From NCBI GenBank assembly GCA_051362555.1, contig CM120646.1, positions 16,182,001-16,246,000 of the forward strand: a stretch of DNA of 64,000 nt. Direction: 5' to 3'. Position numbers and translations under genes: made by a program. Below are positions 1 through 11,100 of this stretch, piece after piece. Source of the stretch: Lingula anatina. Lineage: Eukaryota; Animalia; Brachiopoda. The notes beneath the pieces are model-generated. The model had not been told where the DNA came from, did not search any database, and saw only the letters and a list, made by a program, of their open reading frames with translations. Position 1 is the first letter of the stretch, and the number at the start of each line of letters is the position of its first letter.

Positions 1-286
1 TTGTCTCTGCCATTCAAATAAATTAGTTTGGAAATTTACCAACCTATTATTGGTATATTTTTTAAAGAAGCCTTAAAGTTTCATTTGAAAAACAACTTAA
101 AATTAGTAAATGATACCAAACTAATTGATTTGAGTAGCGAAGACATTTCTCAAAGTCCCCACACAAATTAATCACAGACTTTTATGGGGGGGGGGGGGGG
201 GGGGTACTGAAAAAGTGCCAATATTAAAACCAATTTTGGTCCAATTTTTCGCTTTATAGTGTATATTAGTGCGGTGTTACCAAGAC

Positions 287-313
287 CAAGGACGTATAAT
301 ATATACGTCCTTG
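287..313. mobile_element. 27-bp palindromic mini-element with 7-bp target-site duplication (P-element-like micro-MITE)
   Basis: CAAGGACGTAT-AATAT-ATACGTCCTTG is a perfect 11-bp-arm palindrome, flanked directly by CCAAGAC at 280-286 and 314-320. Confidence 0.7.
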
Positions 314-1290
314 CCAAGACCTTGTATTTTCTTTCATTTTAGATTAATATTTATAAACATTTCAAGGTGAAACTGAAAGCCAAGTGTTGGACCAACGGTC
401 ATTTAATTTTCTCAAAAGTTTATCAGATTTTTGTACCAGCGTTCAATCATTAGAAAGTGATGGTAAAGGCTTGACTTTCAAAATTTAAACCATTGAAGTT
501 GAACTGCGCCATTTTGCCAGTTTAAACTTTTTACCTGCCATTAATGTACTTACCACCACTGCTTGTCCCAATAAGCATGATAATACACAGAGCTTGTTCC
601 CACATTTTGATTGTTTGATTTACTTGGAATAAACCTGGAATGTAATCTTTAAAAACAAACACACACACGCAGGTAAGGTCTCTAGTACGGCTCCCAGAAC
701 AGGTATTTTTAAGTCAAAGCATTGATGACCTCATTTTCACCTGTCACGTGACCACGTGGGTGCATGCCGGGAATAGCTCAGTGACTCACCTGTACAGAGT
801 TTACGCACCTGGATAACTAACACCTGACTCAGGTTCCGCACAAATACATGTATCAAGCGATGATTTTGAACCAGATATGCGTCTAAACCTAACTTATTCC
901 TATATTTTCACAAATGTCTTTTGTATTATCTTACTACAAATAACGATAAAATAACCATTAAATAATTAATTAATCCTTTTTCTCATCGTACAGATGTGGC
1001 CTATTGAGCAGTCGGACGTGGATAAAATGAGTCACGAAAAGCGTCTGTGCAACGGTGTCGCGAATCCACGGCATCAAGAAAGGGAGTCTTCCCACCCCTT
1101 TCCGTTTCCCCTGTAGTATTACACAATGGCGTTGTATATATTTTTTCCTTAATAGAGAATAATTTGGTTTCTAGACTTTATAAATTGTTTTGAAAATTGG
1201 GAAAGCTGCAAAGAAATAGTTTAGAAAATTTGGGGCAGAACGCAGGTCAAAACATAACTAGCTAAGAATGACTTTTCTTGGCATCATTTA

Positions 1291-1524
1291 TGCCCCTATT
1301 TCACACAGACCACGAATCCCACGAATCACCAGGAATTGACAGATTTCAGGATTCGTGGTTGAATCGTAATCAGTTCGTGAAGTTCTTAACAGATTCGTAT
1401 ATATTCGTAGTCAGTTCTTGCAACTCTTGATCAATTACGAACTGATTACGATTCAACCACGAATCCTGAAATTTGTCAATTCCTGGCGATTCGTGGGATT
1501 CGTGGTCTGCGTGAAATAGGGGCA
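1291..1524. mobile_element. MITE with about 90-bp terminal inverted repeats
   Basis: TGCCCCTATTTCACACAGACCACGAATCCCACGAATC... at the left end mirrors ...GATTCGTGGGATTCGTGGTCTGCGTGAAATAGGGGCA at the right end. Flanks are TTA and TAA. Confidence 0.85.
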
Positions 1525-2115
1525 TAACACATCTAACATACGACAGTAGGCCTACCATTTGGCATATCGATGTCCATACTAAAATACAAATTTAACGTTT
1601 ATATTTAGACCACTCTAGACGAGTTAACTGTTATATTTTTAGAATGAAAACATGAGGGACTATCTTAACGTTGAAACTTTCTTTAACACAGATAAAAAGG
1701 CCCGTAGCTGTGAGGAAAGACGCCTGACATACTGGTAATATTATGTGTCATCTGGCGGAGATCGATACTGAAAGTGGTTGTCACGCACACCTACAAAGCG
1801 GAGGGTCAGTTGAATCACCGTGATTAGGCAAAATCACTTTAACAGAGACAGGCGACTGCCCCTACGTAATACATAGATTGCTAAAGTGTTAATCACCTAC
1901 GGACATAAGAATTTTACTTTACATAACAACTTCTAACAGCCAAAAGTTAGTTTTAAACATAGGTGCCCACATCAAATGGTATTATTTACGATGTATATAG
2001 ATTTTATAAAATCATGTGATTTTATTTGATATTTCTGGTCATAAACTGGACATGAATCTTTTCATAACCACTCCTCGTGTTAGATGTGTTTTAGCTGAAC
2101 TGCTGAACACAGTAT

Positions 2116-2360
2116 AGGGATCATTCCAAATGACACTATCGTTCTAATTCAACCCGCGGAGACTCCTGCTGAATGCAATTAGATTAACAGATTAATTAGC
2201 GCGCCTCTTCTTGTTTCCAACGTCCTCACCAGATCTGCTTCATTCTACTCAATGCCCTGAGGAGGCGTGTTAATCCGACAATCTGATTACATTCAGCAAG
2301 AGTCCCTGCGGGGTTGGATCGATCTAGAATTAAAACGATAGTTCTTTGGGAACGTGCCCT
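2116..2360. mobile_element. degenerate palindromic MITE (family also at 45780-45996 and 54061-54286)
   Basis: Imperfect long inverted arms (caacccgcggagactcctgctgaatgcaattag / ctgattacattcagcaagagtccctgcggggttg). The right end (gggaa...ccct) and gatcgatc motifs are shared with the other two copies. Confidence 0.6.
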
Positions 2361-2529
2361 TCACTCTTCAGAATAGTTTATGCATATTTATATGGATTTT
2401 TTTTGCCTTTGGCATATAACTATTCTGTCTCCCAAAGCAATTATATACAGCGCTACATATGCCAGAAGCGTTTTTGACGTGGTTGAAAACTAAACAACGT
2501 TTTATTCACACCTTGTTCGGTTTTCGAAT

Positions 2530-4287
2530 ATGAAAGTTGGCCGTCGGATGCGCTGGTTTATCATGGTGAAAGTTAAGTGGTTGATGACTTTGTTTTACGT
2601 CGTAGGAATTGTAATATTCATTGTGATAATGCTACGATCACTGTCCCACCGCCAGAATTCGAACTTAGCAAGAGAACACGACACTCTAGGAGCTGAGTCT
2701 CTACGCTTCAATGTGGTCCCCGTGTTTCCGACAGAAAGACAGAGCAAAGACCAGGACGATTACCATGACAACACCACTCCACACCGTGAAGTCGTCTACA
2801 AACACGACCGAGATAAAACGCTTGGACCTCCCAAAACGATATCCGATCCGTCTACCGTTGAACAAACAGACAGTGTGCCGATTTCTAATCGGTCGAATGC
2901 CTACCGGACTTGCCAACCCCAGAGACATGTCGTTTTTGTTAAAGTGTCCAGATGCGGTTCCAATACCATAGGGAATATTTTCAACCGGTTTGCTTACAAC
3001 CATGCTCTGAATGTTTCCGTCTTGGTGAGAAGAGAGACAAAGGCGTATTTTCATCAAACAGACGGTCGTTCTGAACCATCTCAGCCCCGCCTGACAGCCA
3101 ACATAGTCACCATACCGTCTAATGCCGATCTGAAAACAAAATATGACTTTGTGCTCTTTGACAAAACATATAACAAAACAATTCGCAGGAGCTTGGCCTA
3201 TTCAGATACATTCGCAGTGACCTCTCTGCGACAGCCATGGTCCCAGTTTCAGTCGGCATTTTTCCACAATGGTGTTCACAGGGATCTTGGGATAACAAAT
3301 GCAAACGAGATGCAAACTTTTCTGAAATATCCAAAATTCCTGAAAGCTGTTCGCTGCCGATCCCAAATCGCCGAGCGCACCCCCTATTCATATCCAACGT
3401 GCATTAAAAATAGCATGGCACACGACCTGGGTTTTCCGCTGAATAAAACTTTGGCAAACAACATGACGTATATTGCCGAGTTTATACGACAAATCGACCG
3501 GGAGTTCGACCTTGTGATAATTTTGGAAAACGTCCTTGAGGGCTTGATCTTACTGAAACGCCGTCTCTGTTGGAGCATTGAAGATATGTTACATCTCTTA
3601 CTCAATTTCAGTCCCTCTTATCCAAGGGCAATGGCCACGCAGACGACACAAAGTAAAACCTATTACAATGTGACGACACAAAGCAAGGGGAACGCTAGTA
3701 ATACACCTCAAAGTGAGACCAGCGGAAATGTGACATCGCAAGAAGAAGCAAACACTAGTGCTTATCTTCAGGGTAGAGCAAGTGAAAATGTGACAATACA
3801 AGGAAAGGCAAACACAAGTGTGACGACAAAAAGTGACGCAAAAAATGGTAAGATAAACCAAGAGAAAGCCAAGGGAACAGTAATGCTACCAGATCACGTG
3901 AACACAACAGGTAAAGCGGACGGAAATATGAAGTCACTTGGTAACACGAATGAAGGACTGAAGACAGAAACCGGAGAAGAGGAAGAGGCGAAGAATCTGC
4001 ATAGAAACTGGAGTCCCGTAGATTATGCCTTGTACAAACATTTCCGTGAAAAATTTCAGCAAAAATTGAGAGTTCAACCCAAAGACTTTTTTGACGAGGT
4101 CGATTACTTTAATGGCTTACTAGGGCAATTATATGACTTCTGCAAGGATGCTCAAAATAAAGTTAAGAAAATGAAAGTTTTGGCGCAGAAGTGGACCAAA
4201 GAATTCTTTGTTTCTCCTCAGCATTGTGTTGAAATGCAAATGAGGGAAGTAGGCTTCTTCAGGTTTTCGGAAAATATCAATTTGTAA
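2530..4287 (+). CDS. galactose-3-O-sulfotransferase family protein (type II Golgi membrane), single exon
   Basis: 585-aa ORF with an N-terminal transmembrane segment and stem. Family motifs: CQPQRHVVFVKVSRCGSNT (5'-PSB region), SLRQPWSQFQSAF (3'-PB), NSMAHDLG, FDLVIILE..EGLILLKRRLCW, NWSPVDYALYKHF. Confidence 0.88.
   Translation: MKVGRRMRWFIMVKVKWLMTLFYVVGIVIFIVIMLRSLSHRQNSNLAREHDTLGAESLRFNVVPVFPTERQSKDQDDYHDNTTPHREVVYKHDRDKTLGPPKTISDPSTVEQTDSVPISNRSNAYRTCQPQRHVVFVKVSRCGSNTIGNIFNRFAYNHALNVSVLVRRETKAYFHQTDGRSEPSQPRLTANIVTIPSNADLKTKYDFVLFDKTYNKTIRRSLAYSDTFAVTSLRQPWSQFQSAFFHNGVHRDLGITNANEMQTFLKYPKFLKAVRCRSQIAERTPYSYPTCIKNSMAHDLGFPLNKTLANNMTYIAEFIRQIDREFDLVIILENVLEGLILLKRRLCWSIEDMLHLLLNFSPSYPRAMATQTTQSKTYYNVTTQSKGNASNTPQSETSGNVTSQEEANTSAYLQGRASENVTIQGKANTSVTTKSDAKNGKINQEKAKGTVMLPDHVNTTGKADGNMKSLGNTNEGLKTETGEEEEAKNLHRNWSPVDYALYKHFREKFQQKLRVQPKDFFDEVDYFNGLLGQLYDFCKDAQNKVKKMKVLAQKWTKEFFVSPQHCVEMQMREVGFFRFSENINL
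3630..3960 (+). repeat. degenerate 30-nt (10-aa) coding repeat inside the sulfotransferase
   Basis: NVTTQSKGNA / SNTPQSETSG / NVTSQEEANT / SAYLQGRASE / NVTIQGKANT / SVTTKSDAKN. Confidence 0.65.
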
Positions 4288-4706
4288 GTGAGTTTTTCGA
4301 GAACAAAGGCTCTGTGAATTTTCACAATCATTGAAAAAGTAAATTGTTTTACTTTGACGCGATTTGAAACAAGATTTAACACTCTAATTAGATGTTAAAT
4401 TTATTAAAAAGCGTTTGATCAGTAGTAATTTTAATTACTATTTTTATTTAATTTAAAAAAAAAACAAAACAATGATTTTGGCGGCCACGGTGCAGTCTGT
4501 TTCAGCTAATACCTGCCATACATTTCATTTTGTTTAAAGCCTATTGTATGCACCTTGGCTAACATTTTATGGTTCTACCAACGTTTTAAATTCAAGCTCG
4601 ATGTTTTTTAATCCTAACATGCGAAATAAATACAATCTACTGGGATAAATTTTTTACTGGCAGTACTTTTATCAATCAGAGCAACCTTTTTTGATTGCGG
4701 AAATTG

Positions 4707-6351
4707 CAGGGTTACTACTTAATATGGAATATTATTTTTTGGCGAGTAAATTTTCTACAAAGTATTTATTTTCTCTCTTACTCTTTTAAATCCAAAACTG
4801 AGGTGTCACTTTATGTGTAGCCAGGTGTGTTACCTAATTACCATGCAACTTTCGAAACAATTAATGTAAGCAGTTGCATGTTCTGTGGTCAGAAATGTGA
4901 GGGGTGGTCTTTTCGGCAATTTCTGCCCTTGTATAAAAACGCATGGGTTTGGTCAATCTTTGGAGTGTATTTAGAGAAGCAACAAAGGGATCGCTCCGAA
5001 ACTTGTCAGGTACCTTAGAGAAGATATGGTTCGACAGCTAAGCAACGCAGCTTACTATGGGATTCTTGGTCTCAGAGAAAATGGCTAGAAACAGACAGCC
5101 ATTGCCAGACAATTCAACATTTTTCAGGAACCGTTAGTAAAGTCCTCCAAACAAATGCTACAACAGGGGCACCTACTCCAATATTTCCACCAGGGTGTCC
5201 GCGTACCACACCAAGAAGACAGGATCGCCTTCTCCTTAGAGTGCGCCGTGCTGGTCGTACAAAGACAACCAGTGTCCTCAAAAAAGAGTGGCAGAATGCC
5301 TTTCAAACGCCCGTTTCAAGGTCCCTTGTTAACAAGAGATTACAGCAAGCCGGTCATTTTGCACGAAGGCCAGTAGGGAAACCACTGTTAACAGCAGGTT
5401 ATATACAGCGACGTCTGCAATGGGCTGTGCGTTTGCAGCCAAAACACTGGAATCACGTCGTTTTCAGTGATAAGGCCAGATATGGAATTTGGGGGGTTGA
5501 CTGTCGAATCCGTGTCCGCCGACGTGTACGAGGGGCATAAAACGATGATTGTGTACTACCTAGGGTGCAAGCAGGGGGTGGTAACGTCTCTGTTTGGGGA
5601 GCATTCCATGCCGGTGCCAAGAACCAGTTGGTTTTTCTAGGAGGCAACCTCAACCAGGGTTCCTACAGAGACATTCTACAGCAAACAATGCTTCGATTTG
5701 TAAGAGTCATCTTCAGGAACAACTTTGTTTACCAAGACGACTGTGCAACCCCACATCGAGCTCGCAGAATCACTGTTTTTCTTCAAAACCAATGGGTTCA
5801 GCAACTGCCCTGGCCTGCAAACTCCCCAGTAATGAACCCAATTGAAAATCTGTGGACGGAAGTAACTCAGAGAATTAATAGCTATGGTCATCGGCCGGTA
5901 AATAGTGATGAAATGTGACAGGCAAATATCACTGCGTGGAATGATATCCCCATCCAAACCAAAAAACTTGTCACAGGGTATGGCATGTAGGATGAGGGCA
6001 CTTCAAGCGGCTGCTGAAGGTCATACCCGCTATTGATGACTTTTCATGATTTACTATAATGATTTGACTGTGTAACATATCACTGTCCGGAGGCTATCAT
6101 TCTCTTTAATATCTTAGCTTAAAGTTAATACTGACATCAAACTGTTGATATGGTTTTCTGGGGGTGTTCTTTTCTTTTGAATGACATCTTATGTCAGATT
6201 TGATATTATTGACCAAAATATCTCACAATAGAAGACTGGATATTTTTCTCACTCAATGATATACTTTTTTGATGAATCAAGCCAAAAAATATTTAATCAG
6301 CACTCAAAAATAACAATGATAAAAAATATTCCATATTAAGTAGTAACCCTA
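4707..6351 (+). mobile_element. Tc1/mariner (DD34E) DNA transposon, about 1.65 kb, inactive
   Basis: TIR CAGGGTTACTACTTAATATGGAATATT at 4707 and its reverse complement AATATTCCATATTAAGTAGTAACCCT(A) ending at 6351, followed by TA. Confidence 0.92.
5026..6036 (+). pseudogene. Tc1-like transposase pseudogene
   Basis: Motifs WNHVVFSD, GGGNVSVWGAF, YQDDCATPHRA, WPANSPVMNPIENLW (34 aa between D and E) and terminal GHTRY*. Interrupted by frameshifts and in-frame stops (5538, 5916). Confidence 0.92.
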
Positions 6352-7845
6352 TAGATTCCCCACCGAAATCCCAGCCGCAAGGATACGCTATGGGTCTACA
6401 CAACTAGCACGGTGTGTATAAAATGATTTTATTGCATTCCATTTCTCAATTAAATTAAGGGAATACACATATTTATGTACAAAGTTTAATCAATCTATCA
6501 TTTGAAAAATGTGTATCGTTAAACCAGAAACTGAGGTTTATAACCTGTTTTTCATTAAATAAGACAGATATATTTTTTTACAAATTAGCCTAGACGTCAA
6601 AACAACAACATTAAAAGTATAAATTTAGCAGAAAATTTTCCGTTTTTTTATACAATTTCATATCATTTCATCTTCTTTGGGGAATATATTTATCTGGGAA
6701 TGATGTTTGAAAGTACGCCTGAAGTTCTGTCATGATTGTTGACTTTCATAATAAAGTGATTGCCACTACGATGAAATGAATAGAAAGAACAGTATACAGC
6801 AATCTATGGAGGCGATGACCAGTTATCATAAATACAAAAATAACAGAAAAAGTGAAAGAATGAAAATGTCAATATTTCTCTTGGTAAAAAATAAACACAT
6901 TTTATATACAACGAATTCTTTTGTGATCGTGAGGAGGAATTAGTGACACATCTTCTACTTTCTTCATTGTTCTCGAATAATTATTGTGCGATCACAATGT
7001 TTTCCTGTGTAAATATGGCCTATAAATCTATATTCAGGAAAACTTACCTCAGTGAACGGTCGTTTTGATGCCTATACTAGTACTAATGAGCTTGATGAAG
7101 TATGAACTTGTCGCCAAACAGAGTCTGATGTTATTTGTTCACAAATCCTTGACATAGAGTGATGCAGTCATCAATTATTATAAATTATCCGATCGCTGTC
7201 AATGATGTGTCTAGAAAATTGCAGTATGTACAATCCGACCGTTGTTATTCCATCGGTGTGAACCAAAATATATATCCAGCAGTTAGTGTTGTAATCATGT
7301 CGCAATGTAATATACCATTTCCTTGAAGGTAGATAAGAGACGTGGTGGCGCTTTCCTCGCGTCCACGTGCAATCCATCTCTTGTCTGCACCTGTGCAAGG
7401 TAACGTAAGTTATGTCGTGACTGTGTCTTAACGACCCTGATCCATCCGTGCGGTAGGCATAATCCAACGTTAATCTTTATGCATTGTGGCGTAGGCGATA
7501 TCCTGGCGTACCATATACGTGACGTTGTCGTCGGTATCTCCATAGAAGTAGAGAAAATATTTGAATGATGGGAACTTGCGTAACGTAGATGCTGGCAGTA
7601 GACTGAAAGGTTTTCATTCGACGACTTTTAGCATCTCTGCGTTAACCACTTTTATATTTTGCTTTCATATAGGGCCTATTTGAATTCCTCCCAGTAGTAT
7701 TATTGTAATCCTCTATAAAATAAATACGTGGACATCGGAAAGACTGACTGGCGTATTGTATACGTTTCTTGAAAGGAGTCTAAAAGATCTGATGCTGCAA
7801 ACCTCAACGAAAATCACAACCTTTTTATCTTTGACAATTTAAGTT

Positions 7846-8074
7846 TTAATACCGCATTAAAATAAATGGAATGCTAGCCGCTAAGACTGTTACGAAGAGT
7901 AGTTTTCTATCGAGTTGCTCTCGGATTGTTCCAGACCGAACACTCCCCTGATTGTCGTAAGCCCAGCTGTCTTCCTCTGAAATAAACAGATCTTATTATG
8001 CTAGTATTTATAGCCCTGCTTCCTTGTCAAGGCAAAGACATGTGGATTTTCTTTGTGTTATTGTTTTCTAGAAA

Positions 8075-8110
<36 letters not shown>

Positions 8111-11100
8111 TACACTTTCTCAAACAAAAATCAAAGATAAAAGTCAGTTCAAAACAAAGGAAAAACAATTTATATATTACCTAGTAACCTGACTTTGGCT
8201 GTCGCTATTCCATAAGGGTTGACTGCCTCACAAGTATATTCATCATAGTCACCGGAATCAACGTCCACAATATGTAGTCTAAACAACACCTCGTCAGCTG
8301 TCAGGCCATTGCTGCCATATGCAGCATTATCGGAGACGATGCTTTCTATGTCGTAGTCGGAGCCAGAGAAGAGCGGCATCTTGTAGCCATCAATCGTTCT
8401 GTACCAAGTCATCGTTGGACGGGGCGAACCTAAGAATTAGGATTATATATCTATATTCACTGACGGATCCTGGTTAGTGAACAACTTGTAATGCTAACGT
8501 GGGCCTCAGGCCGGATTTTTTTCGTCTTGACCATGTACAATGGGGTGTCCTTCCCTTTTTTTCACATTTTTTTTTGAATGGGGGCGGGGGAGGGCAGTGC
8601 CAGTAAGATTTTCTTTGAAATGTATATGTATAAATAAGAGATAGAAAGAGAGAGAGTAATGAATAAATAGATGGGTGAATGAACGACCGAGTAAATGAAA
8701 GTATGCACTAATGAATGAGTGATCAAACGAATGAATAAATGGATGCTACAAATGAGTGCAACCCACCGCCTATGATGCACTCCAGGTTGGCAGAAGCGTA
8801 GACCCCCTGGGGCTCCATCTCGAAGCTCTTCACCGCCCTGGCGGTGGGTTTGGTCATCACGTTCACCATTGCCTCTCCGAAGGCAGGTTTGTTAATGTCA
8901 TTGACAGCGGTGCACACGTACACTCCCCTGGAGCCTTTTGTGATGTTTTTTAAGGTGAGAGCGGAACCCTGAAATGAAAAGAAACGGGTGTTTTTTTTTC
9001 TTGTGAGAGATGTGCCCTAAAATGAAAAAGAATGGGTTTTCATTGTGTTTTTCACTTTAAGAGATGCACCCTGAAAGAAAAGGGCATTTTTGGTGAAAGA
9101 TATTGAAGAGAAAGTTCACGAATTTTAATGGTCTGAAATCTTTGTCAACTCAACAATCAAGAGCCCCAATCAAAGAGTTTTAAAGAAAGTGATATAAATT
9201 TAATGATCGTTTTTTAAATACGTATATGGTCGCATATAATATACCTTCAAATTCAAAACCGAGAGAGCTTCTGTTTAAACTGCTCTACGCCGCACAAGCA
9301 AATCATTTTTCTTTTTACTGCATACGTACCACGTATTCATAAGAACTCTCGTTTCCGTAGATCCCCAGCCCCTGTATGGGATGACCGTTTTTCCTGTGCC
9401 ATGATACCTTTGGCTTCGGTTTTCCGGCAGCGTTACACTCAAGGGTGACGTTTCCGCCCTCACTGGCCTCTACGTTAGAGCTTATTTTACGAATCCAGGG
9501 CATTACTAAAAAGGTGACCACTTACAAAGTTAATCCACCTGTAGAGACGTTTAATTTGACAGTATCGGTATTGCCACCACTGAAATAGCTATGTGCTTAA
9601 ACCTTGACACTTCGGCACGCACCACTTACGTGATTAAAGTGGCCGTCTGCTTGATTGGATCTGGTCTGATTACAATTTAAAAGCGGTGGTTATCGAATTT
9701 CTTTTACAGTCACAAAATTTAGGAACTAAAAACAAGGAATGTGTAATGTCCTAGATAAAGGTTGTTTTAATGCCACTGATTCACCCCAGCAAAAATGGAC
9801 TATAAAAATGCCCAGTGTCTTAGATAAAGCCAAATATTGGATTGAAGACGTTGCACGGCCAGGGCATAGAAAGGTTTACTTACTAGCAACAGTCAACAGT
9901 CCACTCCTCTTGGGCCATTTGTGAGAAGGTTCACCAAGGATCTGGACCATACATTGATACATCCCCCCGTCTGGTATTGAAGTGCGCCGGATTGTTAACA
10001 CAGACGTTGTCTGCTCCCCAACAGTCGTCTGGTTCAACTCGTACTGAAACAAGATAGGAAAGTGTACACAGGAAAGCTTCGACGACATACGCCTGCAGAT
10101 GCAAAAGCTGCTTTCACTCCTCAAAACCGTGTTTTCTGTCTTCTGCCTTCTTTGCTAGTCCATGGCTGTTGGGGTGTCTTGGATCTTTTTAAAGCCTAGG
10201 TCCCAACCGAACGTACGGGCTGCTACGTGTGGTCTACGGCCAAAAAAATGGGGAAAACGTGGGAGTTCGTGCGTGAGGAGCACGTCCATCGTGCGACTTT
10301 TGGAGGACGCAAACAGCACGTAGAAACTTTTCGACATGATCAACAGCCGCTACGTGCGATCTAGCTACGTCCTAGCCAGACGCAAGGAACCTAAAAATCG
10401 TGCGTCAAAAACGTAGTTGGGACCTAGGCTTAAGTGACGGTCCATCAAAACGCTTTAACCAGAGGGTTTCCGAATTTAAGAAGAAGACGGCTCATTGGCC
10501 TTCCTCTCATTCTCGAACGCTTACCACTACACGTACCTGTTTGTAAGATGAACGTAGATTCTTACATTTCTATTATACGTGTCTTGTTCAAAGCTCTCAC
10601 CACTGCACGACACGCGTCATGGTGGATGACAAATCTGAGAGGAATGACGTAACTATGTGATTTCGGTAGGCCATATGTAATGGGCCGCTTATTCAACTGA
10701 ATTTGCTAAACTAGTAACGCAGGATAAAAAGAATACTTTGAATGTACATTTTAATATATTATCGTTTTCATTAAAATCAAGTAATCAAGTATTTACGAGT
10801 TTGGAAGGGACAAAGGCGATTGTCGGTAAACGAAAGCGGTTTAGGTCGTCTCGATTATTTGAGACTAGATTCTGCGCTAAAATCCCATTTATGTTTCTGT
10901 TAACGAATATTCATCATCAGAAGCCGTTTGGTAAGTAATTACCTTGTTCCTATCATGTGTAGCAATCAAATTGTCACCGCCAAAAAGATGCTTCACTCCG
11001 ACAGCGCTGTCATTTAAAAAGTACCAGTGCACCTGCAAAGAATGCCTTATTAGTATAACCACGATTAAATTGATATCGATCTATTAAGAACAAAATATTT

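Noticed and set aside
2701-3937. Antisense and shifted ORFs overlapping the sulfotransferase (likewise those over MTERF and the Tc1 element)
   Set aside because: Shadow ORFs of real coding sequence with no recognisable motifs.
7171-7543. Two minus-strand ORFs (98 and 82 aa) in a GC-richer patch downstream of the Ig stop codon
   Set aside because: No domain signature or supporting splice structure. Most likely 3' UTR or an old repeat.
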